Below, in pieces: positions 1 to 9,602 of a DNA stretch of 35,545 nucleotides. Source of the DNA: a virus (lineage: Duplodnaviria > Caudoviricetes). Position numbers and translations under genes: made by a program. The stretch spans positions 1 to 35,545 of IMG/VR virus record IMGVR_UViG_3300017716_002757; one strand, given 5' to 3'. The notes beneath the pieces are model-generated. The model ran no database searches. It was given only the letters and a program-made list of their open reading frames with translations, and was not told where the DNA came from. Every line of letters begins with the position of its first letter. Positions within the stretch are counted from its first letter, which is position 1.

Positions 1-49
1 ACCGTTTAATTAATAATTAAAACACTTAACAAATAAATAATAAATACTT

Positions 50-895
50 ATGGCATTAAATCTGTCTCTAATTAAAAACCGTTTGAATAGTCTTTCAAAC
101 GCAAGTCAAAAAACTAATTATACTTGGAAGCCGAATCCCGGCAAGCAAGTTCTTCGTATTGTTCCTTATAAGTTTCAACCTGATAATCCGTTCATTGAGT
201 TGAAGTTCCATTATGGAATCAATAACAAAACGTATCTAAGTCCCGATTCGTTTAATCGTCCTGATCCGATTGTTGAATTTAGCAATCGCATGAAAAAGAC
301 CGGAAATAAAGAAGACTGGCAGGTTGGTAGAAAGATGGAACCCAAGATGCGTACTTATGTACCTGTGTTGGTTCGTGGTGAAGAAGATCAAGGTGTAAAG
401 TTTTGGGGATTTGGTAAGAATGTGTATCAAGAATTGATGGGCATTATTACCGATGAAGATTATGGTGATATTACAGATCTTGTAAATGGACGCGATATTG
501 TCGTTGAGTTTAGAACGGCGGAGGAATCTGGAAAGAATTTTCCGGAAACCACAATTCGTCCCAAGCCAAATTCGTCACCGGCAATTGATCCATCCAAAAA
601 AGATATCTTAACAAAACAAGCGAATATTCTTGATTTGTTCCAAGAACCGACATATGAAGAACTCAAGGCAGCAATGGAAGCTTGGTTGAACCCAGAAAAT
701 GCAGCTGAAACCGGAACAGTAGTAGGAATTACTGACGATGATGGTACTGTGTCTGGTCCTACCGATTCAAGCCCAATTGTTTCTGGTACTCCGGTATCAA
801 CATCTACCAAAACACAAAAATCGCCATCGGCGGTTGCAGCAAAAGCAAATACAGAAGACTTGACAAAAGCTTTTGATAATTTGTTCAACAGTTAA
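50..895 (+). CDS. T4 gp32-like single-stranded DNA-binding protein
   Basis: WKP..GKQVLRIVP, FHYG, DPIVE, VKFWGFGKNVYQEL, DITD..NGRD motifs; low-complexity linker and acidic/hydrophobic tail (EDLTKAFDNLFNS); directly upstream of uvsX. Confidence 0.85.
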   Translation: MALNLSLIKNRLNSLSNASQKTNYTWKPNPGKQVLRIVPYKFQPDNPFIELKFHYGINNKTYLSPDSFNRPDPIVEFSNRMKKTGNKEDWQVGRKMEPKMRTYVPVLVRGEEDQGVKFWGFGKNVYQELMGIITDEDYGDITDLVNGRDIVVEFRTAEESGKNFPETTIRPKPNSSPAIDPSKKDILTKQANILDLFQEPTYEELKAAMEAWLNPENAAETGTVVGITDDDGTVSGPTDSSPIVSGTPVSTSTKTQKSPSAVAAKANTEDLTKAFDNLFNS

Positions 896-912
896 AATAA
901 CTGTACAATATT

Positions 913-943
913 GGGTGGTAGTATATGATGTGTACTGCCACCC
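913..943 (+). terminator. GC-rich stem-loop between SSB and uvsX (terminator, processing or stability hairpin)
   Basis: GGGTGGTAGTA (913-923) pairs with TACTGCCACCC (933-943) with one G-U pair; only a weak U-tract follows. Confidence 0.55.
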
Positions 944-964
944 TAACTGTTTATATTATTATTT

Positions 965-2113
965 ATGAAAAAGAAATCACAAGTTACACAAATGGAAGCT
1001 CCTCCGAGAGACGAATTGGTTGAATTATTGGCCAATGAATTAAACAAAGCAAATAAGGATGGTGGTAAAATCGCTTATTTTTTGGACGAACAAGAAAATC
1101 CTGCTGAAATATCCGATTGGATCAGTACCGGATCATCTATGTTAGACTTAGCTATTAGCAATCGTCCTCACGGCGGCTTGCCTGTAGGAAAAATGGTTGA
1201 ATTTAACGGCCTTGAAGGAACAGGAAAGTCCTTGTTGTCAGCACATGTTGTTGCGGATACGCAAAAAAAAGGTGGAGTCGCTGTAGTTATTGACACGGAA
1301 AATTCGGCAGCACCTGAGTTCTGGAAAAGTTTGGGGGTCAATCTATCTAAATTATTGTATGTTCAATGTGAAACTGTTGAAGATATTTTTGAAAAGATGG
1401 AACAGATGATTTCAATTGTTCGCAAGAGCAATAAAGACCGTATTCTTACTATTATTGTAGACAGTGTTGCGGCAGCTAGTACCAAAGTAGAATTAGAAAG
1501 TGACCACGGTAAAGATGGTTATGCGACTGGTAAGAGTATCATCATCTCAAAGGCGATGAGAAAAATTACCACTATGATTGGACGCCAAAAAGTGTTGATT
1601 ATATTTACAAATCAATTGCGTCAAAATCTAAATGCTATGGCATTTGGAGACAAATACATTGTATCGGGAGGAAAAGCACTTGCATATCATTGTAGTGTTC
1701 GTGTTCGTTTAAACAACACTGGCAAGCTCAAGAAAGATGAAGAAGTAATTGGAAATGTGTGTAAAGCCGTTGTTGTAAAAAACAGAATGGGTCCGCCACA
1801 AAGACAAGCAAACTTTGACATCTACTTTGACAGTGGTATTGCTGACTATAGTAGTTGGGTCAAGGTGTTAAAAGATAACGATTTGATTAAACAAGGTGGT
1901 GCTTATTATACGTACAAAAAGGACAACGGAGAAGAATGGAAGTTTCAATCCAAGGATTTCGTGTCCACATTAAAGACTGATGCTGCTTTGAATGAAGAAA
2001 TTTATTTGAAGATTTGTGACGAGGTTATTATGAAATATAAAGATCCCAATAGTCAAATCGTAGAAGATGCGGTGGTTGATGTAGGAGAAGATGTTGTTGT
2101 AAGCGAGGAATAA
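965..2113 (+). CDS. uvsX: RecA/UvsX-like recombinase
   Basis: ISTGSSMLDLAI, Walker A GLEGTGKS, IDTE, Walker B IIVDSVAA, FTNQLR, SGGKAL, VKNRMGPP. Confidence 0.95.
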   Translation: MKKKSQVTQMEAPPRDELVELLANELNKANKDGGKIAYFLDEQENPAEISDWISTGSSMLDLAISNRPHGGLPVGKMVEFNGLEGTGKSLLSAHVVADTQKKGGVAVVIDTENSAAPEFWKSLGVNLSKLLYVQCETVEDIFEKMEQMISIVRKSNKDRILTIIVDSVAAASTKVELESDHGKDGYATGKSIIISKAMRKITTMIGRQKVLIIFTNQLRQNLNAMAFGDKYIVSGGKALAYHCSVRVRLNNTGKLKKDEEVIGNVCKAVVVKNRMGPPQRQANFDIYFDSGIADYSSWVKVLKDNDLIKQGGAYYTYKKDNGEEWKFQSKDFVSTLKTDAALNEEIYLKICDEVIMKYKDPNSQIVEDAVVDVGEDVVVSEE

Positions 2114-2114
2114 A

Positions 2115-3182
2115 ATGAGCAATATAACCGACAGCGAAAAGCGTCGTTTATTTAGTTTATTTGATCAAATTAAACCGTCGGATAGAGTTGAGGGTCTTAA
2201 TCGGACCCTCAACTCGGAGGTTTTGATCGTAGACTTTATGAACACTTTCCTAAGAGCATTTATGGCAAGTCCACAAATGAATGGAAATGGTAATCATACG
2301 GGTGGCATTGCTGGATGCTTAAAAAGTATTGGTTATGCAGTAAAATTAATCAATCCAACCAGAATTGTTATAGTTTCAGACGGAAACGGTGGATCGTTAA
2401 AACGTCGTAAGATTTATCCACAATACAAAAATGGTCGTAAGAGTAAAATTCGTCTTAACAGATCATATGATGAGTTGAGTGATGCTGACACAGAGCAAAA
2501 AAATGTAAAAGTTCAATTATTTAAAACAGTTAAGTATTTGGATACGTTGCCAGTAACAACTATGGCAATAGATAATATTGAAGCAGATGATACTATTGCG
2601 TATTTGGCCAAACAATATTTCAAGGACAGCAACGTGACCATCATGAGTGCTGACAAAGACTTTCTTCAACTTGCAAGTGACAAAATTAAAATATGGAGTC
2701 CCACCAAGAAAAAGATGTATGGATGTGCAGAAATATTGACTGAATATGGAATCAGTTGTTCAAATTTTATTAATTATCGCGTCATGGAAGGTGATACTAG
2801 TGACAATATTGATGGAATACAAGGAGCAGGTCTAAAAACCATATTGAAATGTTTTCCTATACTTACAGAAGAAAAACAATATTCTTTACAAGAAATATAC
2901 AATTATAGTGATACTCACAAAGGTAAGTATAAATTGTATAATACTATTTTAGATAATAAATCTACAATGGAACGTAATCATGAATTGATGCAATTACATG
3001 ACACACAAATTCAAACATTCAGTCAATTAAGAATCAATGAAATAATGGAAAAACCATTACAAAAATTGGATAAATTTAACTTTGGAAAATTGTTGATGGA
3101 AGATGGTATGCAAAATAACTTTCCCAACAGTATGGTCTGGATTCAAGAGGTCTTCGGTAAAGTAAATTCGTTCGTGGTGTAA
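2115..3182 (+). CDS. 5'-3' exonuclease / flap endonuclease (T4 RNase H / PolA N-terminal-like)
   Basis: IVDFMN, SDG..GS..RRKIYPQYK..RK, EADDTIA, SADKDFLQL and H3TH motif GDTSDNIDGIQGAGLKT. Confidence 0.93.
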   Translation: MSNITDSEKRRLFSLFDQIKPSDRVEGLNRTLNSEVLIVDFMNTFLRAFMASPQMNGNGNHTGGIAGCLKSIGYAVKLINPTRIVIVSDGNGGSLKRRKIYPQYKNGRKSKIRLNRSYDELSDADTEQKNVKVQLFKTVKYLDTLPVTTMAIDNIEADDTIAYLAKQYFKDSNVTIMSADKDFLQLASDKIKIWSPTKKKMYGCAEILTEYGISCSNFINYRVMEGDTSDNIDGIQGAGLKTILKCFPILTEEKQYSLQEIYNYSDTHKGKYKLYNTILDNKSTMERNHELMQLHDTQIQTFSQLRINEIMEKPLQKLDKFNFGKLLMEDGMQNNFPNSMVWIQEVFGKVNSFVV

Positions 3183-3221
3183 AAAATCTTTGCAAATTCG
3201 TCAATCGGATATAGCATTGAG

Positions 3222-3253
3222 TTATACAAACAGCCGTTGGTTTATACAAACAG
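3222..3253 (+). repeat. 12-bp direct repeat TTATACAAACAG x2 (20-bp period) in the helicase leader
   Basis: Exact copies at 3222-3233 and 3242-3253, downstream of a weak TTGCAA-N16-TAGCAT promoter candidate (3190-3217). Confidence 0.7.
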
Positions 3254-3270
3254 TAGTAGATTTATAAAAT

Positions 3271-4656
3271 ATGAGTGAAAAATACATCGTGGATAATCTG
3301 AAGAAATTTGGTGCAGACTTTCAAACCAAGTGCATTAGCGCACTTGTGAGTGACAAGACATTTATAGAACGTGTTAGTGATATAATTGAACCTGGGTCAT
3401 TTGAGACTGATGCCCATCAATTCATTGTTAAAGAAACATTGAGTTATTTCTTAGGATACAAAGAACTACCAACCCTTGCAGTTTTTAAAGTGAAGGTGGA
3501 TAGCATTGAAAATGATATGCTAAAACAGACCGTGGTAGATCAATTGCGATTGGTTTATCAAAAAATCACTGATAGTGATTTAAAGTTCATCAAAGAACAA
3601 TTTCTTGAATTTTGTAAAAATCAAAAGCTTAAAAATGCTATTATGGAGAGTGTTGATCATTTAAAGAATGGTCAATATGATAAAATTAAGAATGTAGTTG
3701 ACGTAGCAATGAAGGCTGGTATGGAAAGAAATATCGGTCATGAATATGATATTGATATTGAGAAACGCATGAGCATGATGGCTCGTAACACCGTCAAAAC
3801 TAATTGGGCAGAAATTGACACGATTATGGATGGTGGACTTTCTGGTGGAGAATTGGGAGTCATTACTGCCTGCGCAGGTAGTGGAAAAAGTTGGATTTTG
3901 GCAAAACTTGGTGCAGAAGCAATGAAGCAAGGAAAAAACGTTCTTCACTATACATTGGAGTTGAATGAAAATTATGTCGGTCTTCGTTATGACGCATGTT
4001 TTACTGGAATTGATTTCCAAAATATCCGATCCAATGTAGATATAGTCAAGAAGAAAATTGCCGAAGTTTCCGGAAAATTGATTATCAAATATTTTCCAAT
4101 CAAGACGGTATCCGCTCATAGTTTGAAACTTCATGCGGAACGAATTCAGACACTTGGAACCAAGATTGATCTAATCATAGTGGATTACGCAGACATTCTA
4201 CGTCCATCACAAAGTGACCGTAACAGCAACAGTTATAGTGAAGCTGGTGGTATTTATGAAGAATTGCGGGGAGTAGCAGGAGAAATGCAAATTCCAATTT
4301 GGACTGCATCACAGAGTAATCGTGCAGCTATGGATGAAGATATTATTCAGGCAAACAATATTTCAGATTCGTATCGTAAGATTATGACTGCGGATTTCGT
4401 CATGAGTCTGAGTCGCAAGGTTCAAGATAAGGTCAGTAACACCGCTCGTATTCATATTATTAAGAATCGGTTTGGACCTGATGGACAAACCTTCCCAAGC
4501 AAAATGAATGCTGGTTGTGGTGACATTCAAATTTTCTCTGAGAATAGCAGAGAAGGTATGAGTGTATTGAATGAAATGAATCAAGGAGAAAACGTTGTTA
4601 AGAAAATGATGAGCGGAAAATGGAATTCTCACATGAACGTGGAAGATTCAGAATAA
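3271..4656 (+). CDS. DnaB/T4 gp41-like replicative DNA helicase
   Basis: Walker A ACAGSGKS, HYTLEL, IVDYADIL, WTASQSNR, ISDSYRK..TADF, KNRFG. Confidence 0.95.
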   Translation: MSEKYIVDNLKKFGADFQTKCISALVSDKTFIERVSDIIEPGSFETDAHQFIVKETLSYFLGYKELPTLAVFKVKVDSIENDMLKQTVVDQLRLVYQKITDSDLKFIKEQFLEFCKNQKLKNAIMESVDHLKNGQYDKIKNVVDVAMKAGMERNIGHEYDIDIEKRMSMMARNTVKTNWAEIDTIMDGGLSGGELGVITACAGSGKSWILAKLGAEAMKQGKNVLHYTLELNENYVGLRYDACFTGIDFQNIRSNVDIVKKKIAEVSGKLIIKYFPIKTVSAHSLKLHAERIQTLGTKIDLIIVDYADILRPSQSDRNSNSYSEAGGIYEELRGVAGEMQIPIWTASQSNRAAMDEDIIQANNISDSYRKIMTADFVMSLSRKVQDKVSNTARIHIIKNRFGPDGQTFPSKMNAGCGDIQIFSENSREGMSVLNEMNQGENVVKKMMSGKWNSHMNVEDSE

Positions 4657-4713
4657 TGATATATCAACTAAAATTGGAAAAGATGAAAAAAAGTGAAATT
4701 TTAAAAAATATTT

Positions 4714-4743
4714 TTGACATTAATACCAATTTTAGTTGATAAT
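4714..4743 (+). promoter_or_regulatory. Sigma70-like promoter for nrdAB
   Basis: TTGACA (4714-4719)-N18-GATAAT (4738-4743), just upstream of ATG 4766. Confidence 0.55.
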
Positions 4744-4765
4744 TATCTTATACAAAAAACAGTTT

Positions 4766-7051
4766 ATGAATAAAGAAATTTTTATTAAAAAGCGCACGGG
4801 AAAAGTTGAAAAGTTTAATGCTGATAAAATCAACAAAATACTACAGTGGTCAACGGAAAACATAAAAAATGTTAGTTTTGAAGAAGTAGCAATGAATGCA
4901 CATCTGTCATTCTTTGATGGAATGACATCAACTGACATTCATAGTATGCTTATTGAAGCAGCATCAAATCTAATCAGTGAAGATAAGCCAAATTATCAAT
5001 ATGTTGCATCCAGACTACTGAACTATCAGCTTCGTAAAAAGGTTTGGGGTGGAAAAAACGCACCCAAACTATATGATCTTGTAAGTAAAAATATAGCAAA
5101 TTTTTCATATAACGATGAAATATTAAATTGGTACACATCTGACGAATTCAATAAAATTGATGAGTTTCTTAAACACGACAGAGATTTTGAATTTTCATAT
5201 GCTGGAATCAAACAATTGTGTGATAAATACTTAGTCCAAAATAGAAATACCAAACAAATATACGAAACCCCGCAATTTGCATATATGTTGATTGCGATGA
5301 CGTTATTTGCCGGATATACAGAAAATCGGCTTGAATATATACGAAATGCTTACAATGCGTTTAGTAAACACAAAATCAATTTACCTACTCCTGTTATGGC
5401 AGGAGTCAGAACAATCATGAAAAGTTATGCTTCGTGTGCATTATTTTCAATTGATGATTCATTATTAAGCATTTTTGCTAATAATTCGGCTATAGGATTG
5501 GCTACGGCTAGTAGATATGGAATTGGAATAAATCCATCCAGATTGAGAGCTACTAATTCTCCTGTAAAAAATGGACAATTGCTTCATACTGGTCCAATTC
5601 CGTTTTTAAAAATGTATGAAAGCACGGTAAAATCATGCCACCAGAACGGATTACGAGGTGGAGGTGGAACCACGAATTTTGCATGGTTTCATTATGATAT
5701 TTTGGATATTTTGGTATTAAAAAACAATGCCGGTACAGACGACAACCGAGTTAGAAAACTAGATTACTGTATTGGGCTAGATAAATTGATTCTGGAAAGA
5801 TTCATTAAAAATGAAGATATAACATTGTTTAGTTACCATGAATGTCCAAGTTTGTGGAATAATTTTGGATTGCCAAATTTTAAAGAATTATATGAAAAGG
5901 CAGAGGCGAATAAAAATATCAAATTTAAGAAAAAAATCCCCGCTAAAGAATTGATGTTTTTGTTAGCAAAAGAAAGATTTGAAACGGGTAGAATATATAT
6001 AATGTTTGTTGATCATGCAAATGAACATGGAACTTGGAATGCACATGTAGATACAACAAATTTGTGTACTGAAATAATACATCCGTTGATTCCTATCAAA
6101 GATTTGAATGATGATGAAGGAGAAATTGGTGTGTGTATTTTGGCAGCTTTGAATCTTTTAAACATAAAGGATGATAAAGATTTAGAGAAATCGTGTGATA
6201 TTGCAGTAAGAATGTTGGACGCATTGATAGATTATCAAAATTATTTTGTAAAGGCTGCAAGTAATTTTGCAAAAAAACGACGCAGTTTGGGTATTGGCAT
6301 CACAAATTTAGCCGCGTGTTTAGCTAAAGAAGGATTGAAATATCATGATAATAAATCTCCAAATTACATTTCAACTCAAATTGAAAAAATTAGTTATTAT
6401 CTGATTAAAGCCAGTATACAACTCGCTAAAGAACTTGGTCCGTGTGAAAAGTTTAATGAAACCAAGTATAGTAATGGAATATTGCCAATAGATACATATA
6501 AAAAAGAAATTGACTCGTTTGTGACGGAACCATTGCATATGGATTGGGAGAGTTTACGAATTGATATAAAGAAATATGGCATGAGAAATTCTACATTGAT
6601 GGCACAAATGCCATGTGAATCGTCTGCTGTTATTTCTAATTCAACCAATGGTATAGAGCCACCCAGATCTCTCATTTCATTTAAGGGGTCAAAGGCAAAT
6701 ATTTTGCCGGTAGTTGTACCAAATATTGAAAAATATAAAGACGATTATACATTGGCATTTGATATGCCGGACAATGATGGACAACTAAAAAACGTAGCCG
6801 CTATGCAGAAATTTATTGACATGGCGATATCAACAAATACATACTACGTACCGTCCAGATATAAAGATAATAAAGTGCCCATTGAAACTATAATTAGAGA
6901 TATTTTGACGGCATATAAATACGGATTAAAAACACTATATTATGCTAATACAGATGACGGCGATAAACAGACAGCTATGGATACATCAATTGAGTTAAAA
7001 CAACCGGTCATTGAAGAATCGGATTGTGTTAGTGGTGCATGTGCTATTTAA
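4766..7051 (+). CDS. nrdA: Class Ia ribonucleotide reductase alpha subunit with ATP-cone (start refined to ATG 4766)
   Basis: N-terminal IKKRTGKVEKFNADKI ATP-cone, ETPQFAYM, LPTPVMAG, ASCALF, TNLCTEI, MPCESS, NGIEP, KTLYY, C-terminal CVSGACAI; no intein or intron apparent. Confidence 0.97.
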   Translation: MNKEIFIKKRTGKVEKFNADKINKILQWSTENIKNVSFEEVAMNAHLSFFDGMTSTDIHSMLIEAASNLISEDKPNYQYVASRLLNYQLRKKVWGGKNAPKLYDLVSKNIANFSYNDEILNWYTSDEFNKIDEFLKHDRDFEFSYAGIKQLCDKYLVQNRNTKQIYETPQFAYMLIAMTLFAGYTENRLEYIRNAYNAFSKHKINLPTPVMAGVRTIMKSYASCALFSIDDSLLSIFANNSAIGLATASRYGIGINPSRLRATNSPVKNGQLLHTGPIPFLKMYESTVKSCHQNGLRGGGGTTNFAWFHYDILDILVLKNNAGTDDNRVRKLDYCIGLDKLILERFIKNEDITLFSYHECPSLWNNFGLPNFKELYEKAEANKNIKFKKKIPAKELMFLLAKERFETGRIYIMFVDHANEHGTWNAHVDTTNLCTEIIHPLIPIKDLNDDEGEIGVCILAALNLLNIKDDKDLEKSCDIAVRMLDALIDYQNYFVKAASNFAKKRRSLGIGITNLAACLAKEGLKYHDNKSPNYISTQIEKISYYLIKASIQLAKELGPCEKFNETKYSNGILPIDTYKKEIDSFVTEPLHMDWESLRIDIKKYGMRNSTLMAQMPCESSAVISNSTNGIEPPRSLISFKGSKANILPVVVPNIEKYKDDYTLAFDMPDNDGQLKNVAAMQKFIDMAISTNTYYVPSRYKDNKVPIETIIRDILTAYKYGLKTLYYANTDDGDKQTAMDTSIELKQPVIEESDCVSGACAI

Positions 7052-7055
7052 AATT

Positions 7056-8114
7056 ATGAAAACTGTATTGAATAAAAAGAACGTAGATCAATTACGAAAC
7101 CCAATGTTTTTGGGTGAGGATTTATCATTGCAACGATATGATAAAATAAGGTATCCTAAGTTCTATGATCTGTATGATCAACAATTAAACTTCTTTTGGA
7201 GACCACAGGAAGTGTCATTGGTCAAAGACATCAGCGATTTCAAAAATCTAACAGAAGAAGAAAGGTTTGTATTTGACAGCAATCTCAAGTTTCAAACCAT
7301 GACTGACAGTATGTTGAGCCGAAGTATTCACGAACTCATGAAGCATGTTACTAATTCCGAATTGGAAATTTGCATGAATACTTGGAGTTTCTTTGAAACA
7401 ATTCACAGTAATAGTTACACGTATATTCTTAATAATGTTTATCCGGACGCTACCAAGTTCTTTGATAGTATCCTTGAAGACAAGGAGATTGTAAAGCGAG
7501 CCAATGCAATTAGTAAAAAATATGATGAATTGTTGACACCATCAGATGATATCAAACAACAATTATTTGATGCGGTATTGGCAACTCAAATTACTGAAGG
7601 ATTAATTTTCTATGTATCATTTGCTTGTAGTTTCTATTTTGGTTATCGTGGAAAGATGGAAGGCAATAGTAAAATTATAAAGTTTATTTCCCGCGACGAA
7701 AATCTTCATGTTGCTATCACTCAAAACATCATGAAGAATTGGATTAACAATGCGGACGAAGGATTTCAAGAAATTGTTAAAAAGAACGAAGATAAGGTAT
7801 ATAGAGCCTATGAAATTGCGGTAGAAGCCGAAAAGGATTGGGCTGATTATCTATTCAGTAAGGGCAATCTTGTGGGGTTGACCTCAGAAAGCCTAAAACA
7901 CTATGTTGAATGGCTCGCTAATAACAGATTGACCAGTATTGGTTACAAGAAACTGTATCCAAATGCCAAGACCAATCCACTTGCCGGTTGGTTAGATAGT
8001 TATTACGATAGTAAGAAATTACAAGTTGCTCCTCAAGAAACCGAATTGAGTAGTTATGTAAAAGGTGTGGATAACACAATTAGAGACGACGCATTTGATG
8101 GATTTAAGTTGTAA
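7056..8114 (+). CDS. nrdB: Class Ia ribonucleotide reductase beta subunit (start refined to ATG 7056)
   Basis: FFWRPQEV, ETIHSNSY (radical Tyr), EGLIFYVSF, RDENLH, APQETELSSY. Confidence 0.97.
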   Translation: MKTVLNKKNVDQLRNPMFLGEDLSLQRYDKIRYPKFYDLYDQQLNFFWRPQEVSLVKDISDFKNLTEEERFVFDSNLKFQTMTDSMLSRSIHELMKHVTNSELEICMNTWSFFETIHSNSYTYILNNVYPDATKFFDSILEDKEIVKRANAISKKYDELLTPSDDIKQQLFDAVLATQITEGLIFYVSFACSFYFGYRGKMEGNSKIIKFISRDENLHVAITQNIMKNWINNADEGFQEIVKKNEDKVYRAYEIAVEAEKDWADYLFSKGNLVGLTSESLKHYVEWLANNRLTSIGYKKLYPNAKTNPLAGWLDSYYDSKKLQVAPQETELSSYVKGVDNTIRDDAFDGFKL

Positions 8115-8135
8115 ATAAATAATTTACATTTTCTT

Positions 8136-8165
8136 ATAAAAGACACCGTTTTTGGTGTCTTTTAT
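8136..8165. terminator. Intrinsic (possibly bidirectional) terminator after nrdB
   Basis: ATAAAAGACACC-gttttt-GGTGTCTTTTAT, a perfect 12-bp inverted repeat. Confidence 0.85.
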
Positions 8166-8185
8166 TATATTTATTAACATTACAT

Positions 8186-8773
8186 ATGGAACCCGCATCT
8201 TTATCCAAACACGAAATGTCAACTATTGCACAGATAATATTGGCATTCGGTAGTTTATTAACCGTGGCATATAAACTCTTTAGAGTTGTCTCAAAAGAGA
8301 TAACTGAGAGGAAGGATATGCATAATAAAATAAACCATATATTGGAAGAATTGACTCCAAACCATGGATCTAGTATCAAAGATAAGATTAATAAAATGGA
8401 CGCACAATTGTCTGAAAATACACTTTTAACTGGTCGGATTTTTGATAGACAGCGTTGGATATTGGATAACGAGGAAATAATTGTATTTGAGAGCGATAAT
8501 GATGGTAAATGTGTTTGGGTGAATAAAAAGTATTGTGATTGGTTAAAAAGAGACAATAAGTACTTTTTGGGACACGGATGGAAGAATGCGATCCATCCAG
8601 ATGATCGTGAACAAACAAGTGAATATTGGGAAGAGTGTGTGGCTGACAGCAGAGATTCTGAAAATCTATTTAGAATGGTTGACAGAGACGGTAAAATATA
8701 TAATGTCTATTGTATTGCTAACAAATCCACCGATAATAATGGTTACATGGGAACCATAAAGATTGTTGACTGA
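8186..8773 (+). CDS. Membrane-anchored PAS-domain protein without output domain
   Basis: N-terminal hydrophobic helix (IAQIILAFGSLLTVAYKLF), helical segment with ELTPNHGSSIKD, then PAS_3-like GKCVWVNKKYCDW..LGHGWKNAIHPDDRE..FRMVDRDGK. Confidence 0.8.
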   Translation: MEPASLSKHEMSTIAQIILAFGSLLTVAYKLFRVVSKEITERKDMHNKINHILEELTPNHGSSIKDKINKMDAQLSENTLLTGRIFDRQRWILDNEEIIVFESDNDGKCVWVNKKYCDWLKRDNKYFLGHGWKNAIHPDDREQTSEYWEECVADSRDSENLFRMVDRDGKIYNVYCIANKSTDNNGYMGTIKIVD

Positions 8774-8794
8774 TTCATTACGCGGTGATAACAT
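8766..8794 (+). promoter_or_regulatory. Sigma70-like promoter with extended -10 for the mom-like gene
   Basis: TTGACT (8766-8771)-N17-TAACAT (8789-8794), preceded by TG; ATG at 8803. Confidence 0.7.
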
Positions 8795-8802
8795 CAGTTG
8801 TT

Positions 8803-9585
8803 ATGGTAGAACAATTTTATTTTGATAAAAGTTTAGTATATTTAAAATCTATTGACAAGAAAATTGCTAGGCAATTAATAGAAAAGAACCATTATACCCA
8901 CAAATGGACTAGTTGTAGTGTTGCATACGGTGTATATTACAAAGAATACACTGAAAGCACATTTTTTGGTGGATTCAATTCCAAATTGATTGGAGTTTTA
9001 GTGTATGGTAATTCAGTTGGTAGAAATTGTAGCACTAGTATCAGTCAACAAATAACCAACGATAATGTATATGAATTGACTCGGCTTTGGATTGAAGATG
9101 GTTATGGTAAGAATATTGAGAGTTATTGTATTGCTGAATCTTTTCGTTGTATAAACAAGGATTATCCGAAAATTAAATGTATATTGAGTTACGCCGACAG
9201 TGAAGCGGGGCATGTTGGTAAAATCTATCAGGCAACTGGATTTTTGTATCAAGGAGACAATTATGTAGATATTGCTTTGATGCCCAATTATAGTGTTAGT
9301 TTAACCGGCCCCCCCAATTATAAGTGGATACACAGTAGAAGTGTATATTCTGAGTGGGGAAGTCACGGAGTTGATAAATTAAAAATAAAGATAGGAAAAA
9401 CGTTTTATAGAAAGAAAGAATCGGGTAAACATAGATATATTAAGTTCATTTCCAATAAAATAGAAAACAAAAAACTTACTAAATCGCTTAAACATCCAAT
9501 TTTGCCGTATCCAAAGATGGCAGAATATTCCGAGGAAATTCAACAAATAACAATTGAAAATAACATGGATAATTTATATTTTTGA
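8803..9585 (+). CDS. Mom-family (GNAT) DNA adenine-modification enzyme (start refined to ATG 8803)
   Basis: IEKNHY, LIGVLVYG, YELTRLW, KNIES..IA.S and ILSYADSEAGHVGKIYQATGFLYQG match the Mom signature SYAD...GH.G.IYQA..F.Y.G. Confidence 0.8.
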   Translation: MVEQFYFDKSLVYLKSIDKKIARQLIEKNHYTHKWTSCSVAYGVYYKEYTESTFFGGFNSKLIGVLVYGNSVGRNCSTSISQQITNDNVYELTRLWIEDGYGKNIESYCIAESFRCINKDYPKIKCILSYADSEAGHVGKIYQATGFLYQGDNYVDIALMPNYSVSLTGPPNYKWIHSRSVYSEWGSHGVDKLKIKIGKTFYRKKESGKHRYIKFISNKIENKKLTKSLKHPILPYPKMAEYSEEIQQITIENNMDNLYF

Positions 9586-9602
9586 TTATATTTATATAGC
9601 AT

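Noticed and set aside
4766-8114. Introns, inteins or homing endonucleases in nrdA/nrdB (also uvsX and the helicase)
   Set aside because: The ORFs are continuous, of normal length, and lack splice-junction or LAGLIDADG/HNH/GIY-YIG motifs.
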